NCBI GenBank assembly: GCA_965203415.1
Contig: CBDBCS010000006.1
Span: 702,500 to 766,499 of the forward strand
Direction of reading: 5' to 3'
Length of the DNA stretch: 64,000 nucleotides
Origin: Alphaproteobacteria bacterium
GTDB lineage: Bacteria > Pseudomonadota > Alphaproteobacteria > CBDBCS01
In this document: positions 1 through 9,776 of the stretch, one piece after another
Layout of the letters: each line of letters opens with the position of its first letter
Position numbering within the stretch: position 1 is the first letter of the stretch
Program-made: the position numbers and the translations under genes
Notes under the pieces: model-generated
What the model was told of the DNA's origin: nothing
Seen by the model: the letters and a program-made list of their open reading frames with translations, nothing else
Database searches by the model: none

Positions 1-113
1 CCACTCGCACGCGCCACGCGGTCGGTCGCCGGTTTATGGCCGACCTCCACCATGCGCGCCGCTCCTCGAGCATCTAGATGCGTCAGGCGTCCCGACGAGG
101 TCTCCGGGGTCAT
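1..113 (-). CDS. moaC: Cyclic pyranopterin monophosphate synthase MoaC, 5' part (runs off window start)
   Basis: Manual translation MTPETSSGRLTHLDARGAARMVEVGHKPATDRVARASG matches the MoaC N-terminal LTH.D..G.A.MV.V..K motif; ATGA overlap with the trpC stop; trpC-moaC order is typical of alphaproteobacteria. Confidence 0.9.
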   Translation of the reverse strand, partial: MTPETSSGRLTHLDARGAARMVEVGHKPATDRVARAS

Positions 114-997
114 GACCGGGGCTCGCTCCGCGGTGAAATTTCCGGCGGCGTTTCTTGATAGAGACCCCGCACCGCATGGCCGAGATCCGGCTGTGTCAGC
201 AGCCGATGCCCGACCAAGACGGCATCGGCACCCGCCTCGTAGGCTCGAGCGATATCCGTCGGACCGCGGTGCCCTGACTCTGAAACCAAGAGTCCAGGAA
301 AGCCACGCCGACGGAGCTCTCGCAAACATGCGAGCCCCTCGTCCAATTTGATCGCCAGGGTATCCAGGTCTCGATGATTGACGCCCAGAAGCGGCGGGTT
401 GAAAGCCAGAGCCCGCTCGATTTCCGCCGAGCCGTGGATTTCTAGCAGCACCTCCAGCCCAAGCCTGTGGGCTTCGAAAAGAAGGGCCTCAAGCTCGCCA
501 TCCGTCAATAAACGGGCAATCAAAAGAATCGCGTCGGCGCCTCCACGTTTCGATTCGAGAACCTGGAGCGGGTCCAGAATAAAGTCTTTGCGGAGCACGG
601 GCAAGCCAGCCTCGCGGGCTTCCGCCAGATGGCCGAGTGCCCCCTGAAAAAAGGGCTCATCTGTCAGAACCGACAGAGCCGTTGCGCCCGCCCGAGCGTA
701 ATCTCGAGCCAGCTCGGCGACCGGATACACCGGGCGAATCACGCCGGCCGAGGGCGAAGCTCGTTTCAATTCCGCCAGAAGCGCCGGCTGTCGAGAACGC
801 CGCTCTCGGCCGTGACGCAGAAGAGCCTCTATGAGGGAATTCTTCAAAAAGGCCCCGGCTCCGGATCCCGGGCCGGAGTCCGGCGCAGCCAAGGCTAAAG
901 ACGCCTCTTGACGGCGGAGCGCGTCAATCGCTTTCCTTTTTTGCGACAGGATTTCCGGAAGCCACGAAGTCGTCATGCGATCCGGTGTCTCAGGCAT
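110..997 (-). CDS. trpC: Indole-3-glycerol-phosphate synthase
   Basis: LAELKRASPSAG, LSVLTDEPFFQG, LRKDFILDPLQV, GVNHRDL and VSESG motifs. Confidence 0.97.
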   Translation of the reverse strand: MPETPDRMTTSWLPEILSQKRKAIDALRRQEASLALAAPDSGPGSGAGAFLKNSLIEALLRHGRERRSRQPALLAELKRASPSAGVIRPVYPVAELARDYARAGATALSVLTDEPFFQGALGHLAEAREAGLPVLRKDFILDPLQVLESKRGGADAILLIARLLTDGELEALLFEAHRLGLEVLLEIHGSAEIERALAFNPPLLGVNHRDLDTLAIKLDEGLACLRELRRRGFPGLLVSESGHRGPTDIARAYEAGADAVLVGHRLLTQPDLGHAVRGLYQETPPEISPRSEPRS

Positions 998-2105
998 GTT
1001 CTGAAACGGGCGTCAGACGCCGCATCGCCTCGAGACAACGCGCGCCCGACCCGTCTTCCAGAGCCGTGCGCGCCCGCGCCAGCCCCGCCTCGAGCGAAGA
1101 GGCCGCTCCGGCAATATGCAAAGCCGCCCCGGCATTCAATAAAACCGTATCTCGATACGCAGTATCTCGATACGCAGGTGGAACCGCCCTGCCGGTCAAT
1201 AAATCTTCTAAAGCCCGGGCGTTTGAAGCCGCATCTCCCCCGATGAGGGCCTCAGGCTTGGCACGGGGCAGACCGAGCTCCTGAGGGTCTAGCCAGAAAG
1301 ACGTCGTCCGGCCGCCCTCCCAGGCAACGACCTGATTGGGACCCGTGACGGAGAGCTCGTCGAGGCCGTCCGCCCCATACACAACCCAGACGCGTTCTGC
1401 GCCGTTTTCGCCAGCCAGCTGTGCCATGGCCTCCAGTCTCTCGGGGACGGCACAGCCTATCAAAAGAAATCGAGGGCGACTCGGATTGCACAGAGGCCCC
1501 AATAGATTGAACAGCGTCCGGAACCCCAGCTCGCGCCGGACAGCGGCTATATGGCGCATCGAGACGTGATAATGGGGAGCCAGGAAAAAACCAAACCGGG
1601 CCGCCTCAAGACCCCGAGCTAAAGCACCGGGTGACGGGGCAAGGTCCAAGCCCAGCTCTTCCAGAACATCGGCGGTGCCCGAAACAGAGCTGAAAGCTCG
1701 ATTCCCGTGCTTGGTAACGTAAACACCGGCCCCGGCGACAAGAAAGGCCGCACTGGTGGAGATATTATACGTCCGCCACCCGTCGCCGCCCGTGCCGACA
1801 ATGTCTATGGCCGAATCCGTCACCGCCGCCGGCAAAGGCGGCGGCGGCCGCATGGAGGCCCGAAGAACGCGCACCCCCTGGCGCATCGCAACCAGCGGGT
1901 CGTCAAGACGACAGAGCCCCATTAGAAAAGCACTCGCCTGGACGGGACTCGCCGAGCCGCGCATCAGCAGCGTGAAGAGACGCTCGTAACGCGCCTCGTC
2001 CAGCGGACGCCCCAAAGCGAGGCCCTCAAGACAGGCTGTCCAGAAGGCGTTAGCCTCGTTCGCCTCGTTAGCCTCGTTCGCCTCCTCGGCGGGCTCCTCC
2101 GTCAT
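990..2105 (-). CDS. trpD: Anthranilate phosphoribosyltransferase
   Basis: DIVGTGGDG, NISTSAAF, KHGNRAFSSVSGTAD, RTLFNLLGPL and GLDE motifs; contains in-frame micro-duplications (EAN)x4 and YRDTAYRDT. Confidence 0.97.
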   Translation of the reverse strand: MTEEPAEEANEANEANEANAFWTACLEGLALGRPLDEARYERLFTLLMRGSASPVQASAFLMGLCRLDDPLVAMRQGVRVLRASMRPPPPLPAAVTDSAIDIVGTGGDGWRTYNISTSAAFLVAGAGVYVTKHGNRAFSSVSGTADVLEELGLDLAPSPGALARGLEAARFGFFLAPHYHVSMRHIAAVRRELGFRTLFNLLGPLCNPSRPRFLLIGCAVPERLEAMAQLAGENGAERVWVVYGADGLDELSVTGPNQVVAWEGGRTTSFWLDPQELGLPRAKPEALIGGDAASNARALEDLLTGRAVPPAYRDTAYRDTVLLNAGAALHIAGAASSLEAGLARARTALEDGSGARCLEAMRRLTPVSEHA

Positions 2106-2165
2106 GAGACCTCCCGCCCGAAACTATTCACAAAACGGCACACAGAATGAAACAGAACTAATTAA

Positions 2166-3275
2166 TTAGAGTTTGAAAAAACGCTTGGTATTCTGTCCGA
2201 AAATAGCCTTTATCTCTGTGTCTGTAAAATTTTTCTCTGAAAGGGCTTCTGCGAGATGGCCAAGATGCGTCCATTCACAGAGGTCGGGAAAGAAAACGGG
2301 CTCGCGTTCCTCCAGGCCGCTTATGTGGAGCGTGTGCCGAGCCTGGGCTCCGAATTCGACGGCGAGACCCAGAGGCTCAATCGACCCCATCTGATCCGCA
2401 AGGAGCCGAATATGCTGGACGGCTCGCGCAAGGCCCCCTGCAGGCGAAGACGCGCCAGATGCTAAATGGGGGGCTAAATGGAGCCGCCGCAGCGATAGTG
2501 CCAGAAAACCCTGACTCCGAGCCAGACTCCGCACTTGATAACGCCACAAATTCGAGGGATGAGGCGCAAGCGAAGCACTCGCCCCACAGTGCACCAGGCG
2601 GTTCGCCAGCATATCCGTCGCCGCGAGAAAAGCGGCATCGCTGAAGAACGTACTCACCACATAGGCCCCGTGAGACCCCGAATCTGACGCCGCATCCGAG
2701 GCCGCGTCCGGGGAGGCGGGCCGCCAATCGGCCAGCTTCTGGAGCATCGCCCAGGTCTCGGGCAAAAGAGCGCCCCCAAAACGGACGGGATAGGCATTAT
2801 ATTCCACCGTGGGATAGATCCAGTTCCGGAAGCTTCCCTCTATGGGAGCCGGCCGATTCCAATGCGCCAGCTGCCACAAACACGGCCGGCTCGGACGGCC
2901 CGGCCGGCCCGGCCGGGCGGGCATGGCGTTTTTCTCCAAAGCCGCCAAGGCCGCCGGGGCCGTGGCGAGCACACGCCGATAGGCTTCAAAGAGCTCTCTG
3001 TCGGGTTTCCGGTCGGCCGCGGCCACAGAAGCCGAAAAAGCCTCATCCCATTCGATGAGCTGGCGGGTTTGGTCTTCCGTGAATAAAACCGGGGTTCGGG
3101 TCTCTAGGAAGCCCGGCGGAGGCGGCGTCGCCAGCTCTGTCCCTAGAACGCCTCCGACGACGCCTTGTTTTTTGAGACCGGCAAAGAAACGCTCGGTCGA
3201 GGCGGCGTGCCCGGGCCCGGAAACAGCCGCCGCAGGCGGTACCAGAAAAAGAGGAAAAAGCTCCAGAGACGCCAT
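2166..3275 (-). CDS. Divergent membrane dipeptidase (M19/amidohydrolase fold) homolog, probably non-catalytic
   Basis: C-terminal half resembles M19 (HPSNLW..VRSLARSQG, QHIRLLADQMGSIEPLGL, LAEALSEKNFTDTEIKAIFGQNTKRFF); ATG at 3275 preferred over the ORF-track start, which lies inside flgH. Confidence 0.6.
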   Translation of the reverse strand: MASLELFPLFLVPPAAAVSGPGHAASTERFFAGLKKQGVVGGVLGTELATPPPPGFLETRTPVLFTEDQTRQLIEWDEAFSASVAAADRKPDRELFEAYRRVLATAPAALAALEKNAMPARPGRPGRPSRPCLWQLAHWNRPAPIEGSFRNWIYPTVEYNAYPVRFGGALLPETWAMLQKLADWRPASPDAASDAASDSGSHGAYVVSTFFSDAAFLAATDMLANRLVHCGASASLAPHPSNLWRYQVRSLARSQGFLALSLRRLHLAPHLASGASSPAGGLARAVQHIRLLADQMGSIEPLGLAVEFGAQARHTLHISGLEEREPVFFPDLCEWTHLGHLAEALSEKNFTDTEIKAIFGQNTKRFFKL

Positions 3276-3366
3276 TAAAAAAAACCAATCAAAAGACAAA
3301 AGACCGGGCAAAAAACCGGGCAAAAAACCGGGCGGCACCCCACAAACCGAGCCAGTCTCATCGAGC

Positions 3367-4119
3367 CTAAAAAGGCAGAATAATATCGGCGACCTGCTGG
3401 CCCCATCGGGGCTGCTGCACATCCGTAATCTGCCCTCGCCCGCCATAGGCCACGCGGGCCTCTGCGATTTTATCGAAGGCGATGGCATTATTGGCGTCTA
3501 TGTCCTGGGGACGGATGATGCCGGCGACATGGAGCTCTCGGACTTCGAAATTGACACGCAATTCCTGTCTTCCATAGATCACCAGATTCCCATTGGGGAG
3601 ACGCTGTGTCACCACGGCGGCGACATTCATCTGAATCGATTCGTTGCGCTGAATGGACCCCGACCCGCTGGAATTAGAGTCGGACTCGGTGTCTACGAGA
3701 TTGCCTAAATCGGGCGTGCCCGGGAGAATATCTTGAAGCGTCTCGCCGAACCCTGCCAGGCCGCCGATGCCGAGGTCCTCCTCCGAGCTGCGCGCGCGGC
3801 TGGTTTGATTGCTCAATTGGGCCGAGTCTTGAACGTCTATGCGAACGGTGACGATGTCGCCGATGCGCGAAGCTCGCAGGTCTTGGAAAAAGGCTCGAGA
3901 CCCAGACCGCCACAGCGAATTCACCTGACGCTCTCGAGGCTCCGGCGTCGGCATCGGGAGCGTTACCGGACGGTAATCCTCCGCCAGCGTCGGGTCGCTC
4001 ATGGGAGAGAGTTCCGGCTCCTCATTCACTTTCGAAAAACGGTCCAGACTGCAGCCGGCACTCCCCAGACAGACCAGACCCAAAAGACAAAAACCAAAAC
4101 GCAGAAGAGAAGAACTCAT
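3367..4119 (-). CDS. flgH: Flagellar L-ring lipoprotein
   Basis: Lipobox SAGC; SLWRSGSRAFFQDLRA..IGDIVTV, LPNGNLVI.G, GIIRPQDI and IAEARVAYGGRG motifs; ends ILPF. Confidence 0.97.
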   Translation of the reverse strand: MSSSLLRFGFCLLGLVCLGSAGCSLDRFSKVNEEPELSPMSDPTLAEDYRPVTLPMPTPEPRERQVNSLWRSGSRAFFQDLRASRIGDIVTVRIDVQDSAQLSNQTSRARSSEEDLGIGGLAGFGETLQDILPGTPDLGNLVDTESDSNSSGSGSIQRNESIQMNVAAVVTQRLPNGNLVIYGRQELRVNFEVRELHVAGIIRPQDIDANNAIAFDKIAEARVAYGGRGQITDVQQPRWGQQVADIILPF

Positions 4120-5423
4120 GACCCACCCTGCGAAACAACGCCAGACGGGGAGCTCTGGGACGGCGACCTGTGAGGCTGCGGCTGCGGGGCCGCAAAGTGC
4201 TGGATGGCCGCTTGCCCATCGCCAGAGACGACCGCCTCCACGACCCGGTTGGTCTGTGGATTTTTGAAACGAATCGATTCACCATAGGCCCCGTCGTCCA
4301 GAGCCTTCAAAACCATGGAAACCACAACCCCATGGTCCCGATAGACAACCTGCGTTAAGTGGCCGCGCGACACCAGGATGGGGGCTCGAAGACGGCCTGC
4401 CCGCACAAAAGCTCCCTGGGCCATGGTGTATTTTGTCTCCTGACCCAGAATTTGAACCTGATCGGTCAGAGCGTCCGCGGGCAGTCTATCGGCCCGCACC
4501 CATCTTTGCTCCAGGTCGGCGGCCCGCAGACGCGTGCCCCGCGTCAGAGCCCTCGCCGCGACAAAAGAGGGCAGAAGTTCGAAAAAACGCCCACGCACCA
4601 CCAGAGGCCCCGCCTCCGACAATTCGTCCGAAAATCCGTCCGAAGCCAAAACAAGGCGCGCGGCAAAACGCCCCTGACGGCCATCCGGGCGAGCCTCCCA
4701 CGACACAAAATCGAATCGAATCCCGTCTAATTCCAGAAGAGCCCCCTCGGCCGTCGACAAAACCAGCTCGAGGGAGGCGGCATTCGGCACAATCTCAAAA
4801 ACGGGCTCAAAAACAGACTCAAAAACAGGCTGGGGGCCGGGCGGTCGCGCGCGCAGCTGCTCGGCGACGGCGGCCTGAAGGGCCCTCAAAACGATGTCGT
4901 GGGGCACGATATAGGCGGCCCGCCGGAGACGCACGCCCGCCGCAGACGCATTGGACGCGTCCCATGCCAGACCGTATCGACGCGCCCACGACTGAAGCAG
5001 GGAGGGCGACAAAAAGAGCTCGCGCCCCGGCCGCGGGGCAGGACGGAGCACGACCTCACGCGGGGCGGCGGGAAAAATATCGTGTAAATAAAGGTGAGTC
5101 CCCGTCACTTCAACAAGCCGAGCCTCCCCCCTGGACGGGAAGGCATGCCCGGCGGCGGGTTCCGACAGAGGAATGTCCGCCCAGGCGTGCCTCAAACCTA
5201 GAAACCCGGCTAAAGATCCGGGGGACAAGCCTGAAAAAAGGAAAAAAATCAGCACCCAAACGAACCCCCGGGCAAAAACTCGGGCGAATGCCCAGCTAAA
5301 CCGCCCCGGGATCGAAACGTGTGTCGAATCGTGTATCGAATCGAAGCCGGAGACGACGGCTTGGCCGCCCGGCTGCCTTCGAGCCTGTCCGTGGGCCATG
5401 GCTGAAACGCTCTTATGCCTCAC
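4116..5423 (-). CDS. flgA: Flagellar P-ring formation chaperone FlgA (long form)
   Basis: C-terminal SAF-like region (VAARALTRGTRLRAADL; LVSRG..; KALDDGAYGESIRFKN..TNRVV.A.V); lies between flgG and flgH; strong SD AAGGAGG before the GTG. Confidence 0.88.
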   Translation of the reverse strand: MRHKSVSAMAHGQARRQPGGQAVVSGFDSIHDSTHVSIPGRFSWAFARVFARGFVWVLIFFLFSGLSPGSLAGFLGLRHAWADIPLSEPAAGHAFPSRGEARLVEVTGTHLYLHDIFPAAPREVVLRPAPRPGRELFLSPSLLQSWARRYGLAWDASNASAAGVRLRRAAYIVPHDIVLRALQAAVAEQLRARPPGPQPVFESVFEPVFEIVPNAASLELVLSTAEGALLELDGIRFDFVSWEARPDGRQGRFAARLVLASDGFSDELSEAGPLVVRGRFFELLPSFVAARALTRGTRLRAADLEQRWVRADRLPADALTDQVQILGQETKYTMAQGAFVRAGRLRAPILVSRGHLTQVVYRDHGVVVSMVLKALDDGAYGESIRFKNPQTNRVVEAVVSGDGQAAIQHFAAPQPQPHRSPSQSSPSGVVSQGGS

Positions 5424-5433
5424 GGAACCCTCC

Positions 5434-6219
5434 TTAACGGATATTAGAAGCCGTCGCCATCATTTGGTCGGCTGTCTCCACGACTTTAGAGTTCATCTCA
5501 TAAGCCCGTTGGGCGGCAATGATGGCCGTGATTTCCTCGACAGCTTCCACATTCGAGGCCTCCAAATAACCCTGGAGAATCGAACCATAACCCGGCGCAC
5601 CAGGAGCCGCCGTCTGAGCCGCCCCCGAAGCCGCTGTCTCCAGATAGATAGAGCCCCCCTGAGCCTCCAGCCCGGCCTCATTCGGAAAATTGGCAAGCTG
5701 CAGCTGCCCAACCGTCTGCGAGTCCACCTGACCATCGATGGTCACCTGAACCTGCCCGTTCTGGTCAATCGAAATAGAGGTCGTGTTCGCAGGAACCGAG
5801 ATCAAGGGCTCCAGCGGATAGCCATCTACCGTGACAATCTCGCCGTCGCTATTGAGCTGAAAAGCCCCCGCGCGCGTATAACCCGTCTCCCCAGAGGGCA
5901 GTTCTACCTGGAAAAAACCCCGACCGCTGAGAGCTAAATCCAACGGATTATCCGTTAAATTCACCGTCCCAGGCGAGTGAATTCGATAAATGCCAGACGT
6001 CTGGACGCCGAGGCCCAGTTGGACGCCTACGGGGACAATGGTCCCGTTTTCGCTGGACTCGGTCCCGACCTGACGGATGTTCTCATAGATGAGATCCTGG
6101 AAAATCACGCGACTCTTTTTGAAACCAGGCGAGTTCACATTCGCCAGATTGTTCGCCGTCGTTTCCACCAGATTCTGCTGAGCGAGCATCCCGGTCGCTC
6201 CGATGTTAAGGGCTCGCAT
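5434..6219 (-). CDS. flgG: Flagellar basal-body distal rod protein
   Basis: MRALNIGATGMLAQQ..ANNLANVN, YTRAGAF, LEASNV and AQRAYEMNSKV motifs; 261 aa. Confidence 0.97.
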   Translation of the reverse strand: MRALNIGATGMLAQQNLVETTANNLANVNSPGFKKSRVIFQDLIYENIRQVGTESSENGTIVPVGVQLGLGVQTSGIYRIHSPGTVNLTDNPLDLALSGRGFFQVELPSGETGYTRAGAFQLNSDGEIVTVDGYPLEPLISVPANTTSISIDQNGQVQVTIDGQVDSQTVGQLQLANFPNEAGLEAQGGSIYLETAASGAAQTAAPGAPGYGSILQGYLEASNVEAVEEITAIIAAQRAYEMNSKVVETADQMMATASNIR

Positions 6220-6262
6220 AGGGGGTCCTTTCTATGAAAAAAAATGTCGCGCCCGGCTTGTT

Positions 6263-6985
6263 TTAGGCTCTAGAGAGCAGCGTCTGCACCAGACGACGTT
6301 CGCGCTCGTCATCCAGACGCAAGGCCTCTCCGAGGGATTGGTCGCGTCGATGGACTCGAATCATGGTGGTCAACTCGCGGACGGCCTCCACATTGGATTG
6401 ACGCAGATACCCCTGCAAAAGACCAGGGTCGGCCGCCGGAACGGCTTCCTGTTCCTGAGGGTTTAGAAGCGAATGGCCCTCTTTCACGAGCGCGGGTTCG
6501 TCCTCAAACTGAAAAGTCCTGAGCCGGGCAATGAAAGCTCCGTCCGCGCGGAGCTCGCCGAGGCCATTGATGTCCACGGAACTCACATTGGGTGGTACCA
6601 CAATGGGCGCCCCCTCCGTGTCCAGAATGGGCAAGCCCGACCCCGTGACCAACTGCCCCGTCCCGTCGAGCGTCAAACGACCCTGCCGCGTGTAACGGAG
6701 ACCCGATTCCGACAGCACAGCAAAATAATGGCCGCGCTCCAAGGCAAGGTCCAGCGGATTCCCCGTCTGAAGAAGCTCACCGGGGCTCAGGTCTCGGCCG
6801 GTATTGCCTGTCGAAGGAAAAGAAAGATAAGGGGTCCCCGGCGGCTTCGTCACAACCTCTTTGAAACGGAGCCGGTCCGCCTGAAAGGCATCCGTGTTGA
6901 GATTGGCTAGATTATTGGCAACTAAATCAAGACGCCGCCGATTCGAAATTTGGGCCGATAGAGCGACATATTTGATATTTTCCAC
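6263..6985 (-). CDS. flgF: Flagellar basal-body proximal rod protein
   Basis: VANNLANLNT, TGNPLDLAL, YTRQG and LRQSNVEAV motifs; upstream of flgG. Confidence 0.93.
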   Translation of the reverse strand: MENIKYVALSAQISNRRRLDLVANNLANLNTDAFQADRLRFKEVVTKPPGTPYLSFPSTGNTGRDLSPGELLQTGNPLDLALERGHYFAVLSESGLRYTRQGRLTLDGTGQLVTGSGLPILDTEGAPIVVPPNVSSVDINGLGELRADGAFIARLRTFQFEDEPALVKEGHSLLNPQEQEAVPAADPGLLQGYLRQSNVEAVRELTTMIRVHRRDQSLGEALRLDDERERRLVQTLLSRA

Positions 6986-7082
6986 GATTTTTTCTCTCGG
7001 AAGCAGGGCGGCGAGCCGAACGAACGGCGTAGACCTAAAGGGATAGACCTAAAAGGGTAGACCTGGGGACATAGGAGGGAAA

Positions 7083-7099
7083 AGCATAAAATATACCAA
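7083..7099 (-). promoter_or_regulatory. Putative sigma-54 (-24/-12) promoter of flgFGAH
   Basis: Minus strand TTGGTATATTTTATGCT = GG-N10-GC, about 100 nt upstream of flgF; rod/ring flagellar genes are sigma-54 dependent in Caulobacter. Confidence 0.6.
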
Positions 7100-7200
7100 T
7101 GCTTTAGGCCGTCGCCTCCGCGCTTGCCACCCCCGAGGCCGCCCCCGAGGCGGCGTCGAACCGTCTCCCCCCCGGCTCGGGGGGCCCGCCGGGGGGGCTC

Positions 7201-8589
7201 TTACAACAAAGGCGACCACGTCGGGTCCGAACCATCAAAGGGCGTTAAAACGCGCCTCGGGTTAAAACCCGTCAAGTCAATCGTGTAAAGAAAAGATTTT
7301 TTCTCCCCACTGGAGAGCCTCAATTCCTTAAAATACATCAGAACCCGCCCGTTCGGTGCCCAACTGGGGCCTTCGGCGTGGACGGCGGCGTCTAAAATGC
7401 GCTCGGCCGAGCCGTCTGTGTTCATCACCCCAATTTTGAATTCGCCCCCCTCTATTTTTGTGAAGGCGATGAGGTCCCCCCGAGGCGACCAGACGGGCGT
7501 CGAATAAGCCCCCGGGCCGAAACTGATGCGGCGCGGCAAATGAGAACGGGGCGAAAGACGGAGCCGGTATAGCTGCGAACGCCCGCTCCGGTCCGAGGTG
7601 AAAACAATCGCCTGACCCGAGGGATCATAACTGGGCGAGGTGTCAATCGCCGGTTGAAACGTGAGACGGCGTAAGGCCCGCGTCTCTATGACCATTTCGT
7701 ACAGGTCGCTATTCCCGCGCCGGGCGATGGTGAAAATGAGCCGCTTCCCGTCCGGCGAAAAACGCGGCGAAAAATACAGCGACCCAGGGGCACTCAGATA
7801 ACGCCGCGTCCCCCGAGCCAAATCTAGCAAAACAATTCGATATTTCTCGTCCTTGATCGAGAGATACGTCAATTGCTGCCGGTTGCGCGCAAAACGAGGC
7901 GTGGCAACCAAGTCGCTCCCGTCCGTGAGAAAAAAATGATTCGCGCCGTCCTGATCCATCAGAGCTAATCTTTTCGTTCGGTTCTGCTCGGGGCCCGTTT
8001 CAGAGATGTATAAAATCCTGGAGTCAAAATAGGGCTCTTCGCCCGTCAAGCGCGTATAAACGATGTCGGCGACCTTGTGCCCAGCTCGGCGTACCTGGCT
8101 AGGGGCCAGACGAAAATTGCGGTTTGTCAATTCTTCGCCGACAAAAATGTCCCATAAACGAAAAGAGAGCTCCAAAGGCCCCGATTCGGCCACACGCACC
8201 TCCCCTACGACCAAGATCTGAACGCCGAGAACACGCCAAGCTTCGAACTCAGGCGGCCGCGTGAGACCCTCCCGCGCACTCGCAAGGCGCACGGGGGTGA
8301 AGAGACCCGAACGCCGTAAATCGGCCTCCACGACCCGGGTGACGATTCGCCCATAGTCCACCGGGCTCCCCCCAGCGTCTACCCCGGGCTGAAAAATCTG
8401 GACCGCCACCGGAATAGGCCGAACGACGCCCTGGGTGATATCCACCAAAATCCGGGCGTTTCCCTGGTGGAACGCTATCCCAAAACTCAGCCAAAAACCC
8501 GCGAAAAAAAACCGCCCGAGCCAACGCAGAGACGACACGCGCAGGCACATCTTGCGCCCCAGGATTCTCACGGGGGTTCTCATGATCAT
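7201..8589 (-). CDS. tolB: Tol-Pal beta-propeller protein TolB
   Basis: IDITQG-like N-domain, RLTGEEPYFDSRI, LALMDQDGAN and PD40 repeats (PRFSPDG, PSYDPSG, PVWSPRG, PSWAPNG); ends DPTWSPLL; ATGA coupling to the tolA stop gives start 8589. Confidence 0.96.
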   Translation of the reverse strand: MIMRTPVRILGRKMCLRVSSLRWLGRFFFAGFWLSFGIAFHQGNARILVDITQGVVRPIPVAVQIFQPGVDAGGSPVDYGRIVTRVVEADLRRSGLFTPVRLASAREGLTRPPEFEAWRVLGVQILVVGEVRVAESGPLELSFRLWDIFVGEELTNRNFRLAPSQVRRAGHKVADIVYTRLTGEEPYFDSRILYISETGPEQNRTKRLALMDQDGANHFFLTDGSDLVATPRFARNRQQLTYLSIKDEKYRIVLLDLARGTRRYLSAPGSLYFSPRFSPDGKRLIFTIARRGNSDLYEMVIETRALRRLTFQPAIDTSPSYDPSGQAIVFTSDRSGRSQLYRLRLSPRSHLPRRISFGPGAYSTPVWSPRGDLIAFTKIEGGEFKIGVMNTDGSAERILDAAVHAEGPSWAPNGRVLMYFKELRLSSGEKKSFLYTIDLTGFNPRRVLTPFDGSDPTWSPLL

Positions 8590-9728
8590 GACGGCGCGTA
8601 GCCCAGCAACTCGGCCACGCTGAAGAGCAGGCCCAAATGACGCCACGCCTCAAAACGTCCCGGAGGCAAATCTAGTTTCTGGCAATCCGGAAGATGGAAC
8701 GCGCGCCTGGCGCTTTCTTCAAAAGCGAGCTTGACGTCCGGGTCCAGAGCACCGTCCACATCTATAAGCTGGTAACGCTCAATCGTGGCGTCCTCGCGCA
8801 AATCGAGATCGATTCGAATTTTGATCTGGCGCGCCTCAAGAGCCCCAATCGGCGGATTCCAACACCGCCCAATCTGACGCTTGAGCCTCAGGGTTTCCAA
8901 CGTCGAAAGAGGCGCGTTCTCATCCACAAGCCCAGCTGCCTGGTTTGTCGCCTGGTTTGTCACCGGCTCTTGGCTCAACGAAAGGGCTTCCGTCTGTGGA
9001 ATCGCATCTGTAACCGGAGCTTCCCCGGTTGCATCCGTGTCGTCCGACAGGGACTTCGCAGCCGCACGCTTTTCCTCCTGGAGAATCCGGTCCAGGGAAC
9101 GCAAAAGGCTCCCTTTGTTCTTGGAAGTCGGGGCGGTGGGGGCCTCCGAATCCGACATGACCGCCGCCGGGGGCGGAGCCGCCGGAGACGGAGCCGCGGG
9201 AACCGATTCGCCGGGTTCGGGCGCAATCTCCGTTTCAGACACCGGGGCAGAAGAAGAGGGCGGGGCTGCGACGACCTCTGCCGGCTCTACCGGATCGTCT
9301 TCCGCCGAGGCCGCCTTCGTCAGAACGGGCTCCGACGCGGGCGCCACCGGAGCCACCGGAGCTCTGGACGGCGCCAGCTCTTGGGGAACGGGCGGGGTGG
9401 CCTCAGCCAGAGACGGGGCCGGCTCGACGGGCGGGAGGTCCTCGAAATGCGTGCGGTTCGTTACCTGGGCCTTTTTATTGCGCTTTCCCTTTTCCTGTTC
9501 TTGGAGGATGCGATTCGCATCCGGGCGCCGCGACGGCGGCGGCGAGGCAGGAGACGCCTCTACAAGCCGAACATGGACGAGAGGCGGGCGAGCTTCCGCC
9601 ACGGGCTGGCGTGCCTCGCTGTCTCCCTGGATATCCCAGAGAAAGAAGACCAGAGCTCCATGTAAAAAAAACGAAACAAGAAGCCCTAGAAAAACGGGAC
9701 GGCTGGCTGGCACAACGGTTCCACACAA
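8586..9728 (-). CDS. tolA: TolA-like cell envelope integrity protein
   Basis: N-terminal TM with S..LH motif, Pro/Ala/Glu-rich linker, C-terminal LKRQIGRCWNPP..ESARRA..C domain; directly upstream of tolB. Confidence 0.82.
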   Translation of the reverse strand: MCGTVVPASRPVFLGLLVSFFLHGALVFFLWDIQGDSEARQPVAEARPPLVHVRLVEASPASPPPSRRPDANRILQEQEKGKRNKKAQVTNRTHFEDLPPVEPAPSLAEATPPVPQELAPSRAPVAPVAPASEPVLTKAASAEDDPVEPAEVVAAPPSSSAPVSETEIAPEPGESVPAAPSPAAPPPAAVMSDSEAPTAPTSKNKGSLLRSLDRILQEEKRAAAKSLSDDTDATGEAPVTDAIPQTEALSLSQEPVTNQATNQAAGLVDENAPLSTLETLRLKRQIGRCWNPPIGALEARQIKIRIDLDLREDATIERYQLIDVDGALDPDVKLAFEESARRAFHLPDCQKLDLPPGRFEAWRHLGLLFSVAELLGYAPS

Positions 9729-9776
9729 ACGGATTCTGTTTTTTGTATCGTCTACTCTACTCTACCCTACTCTACT

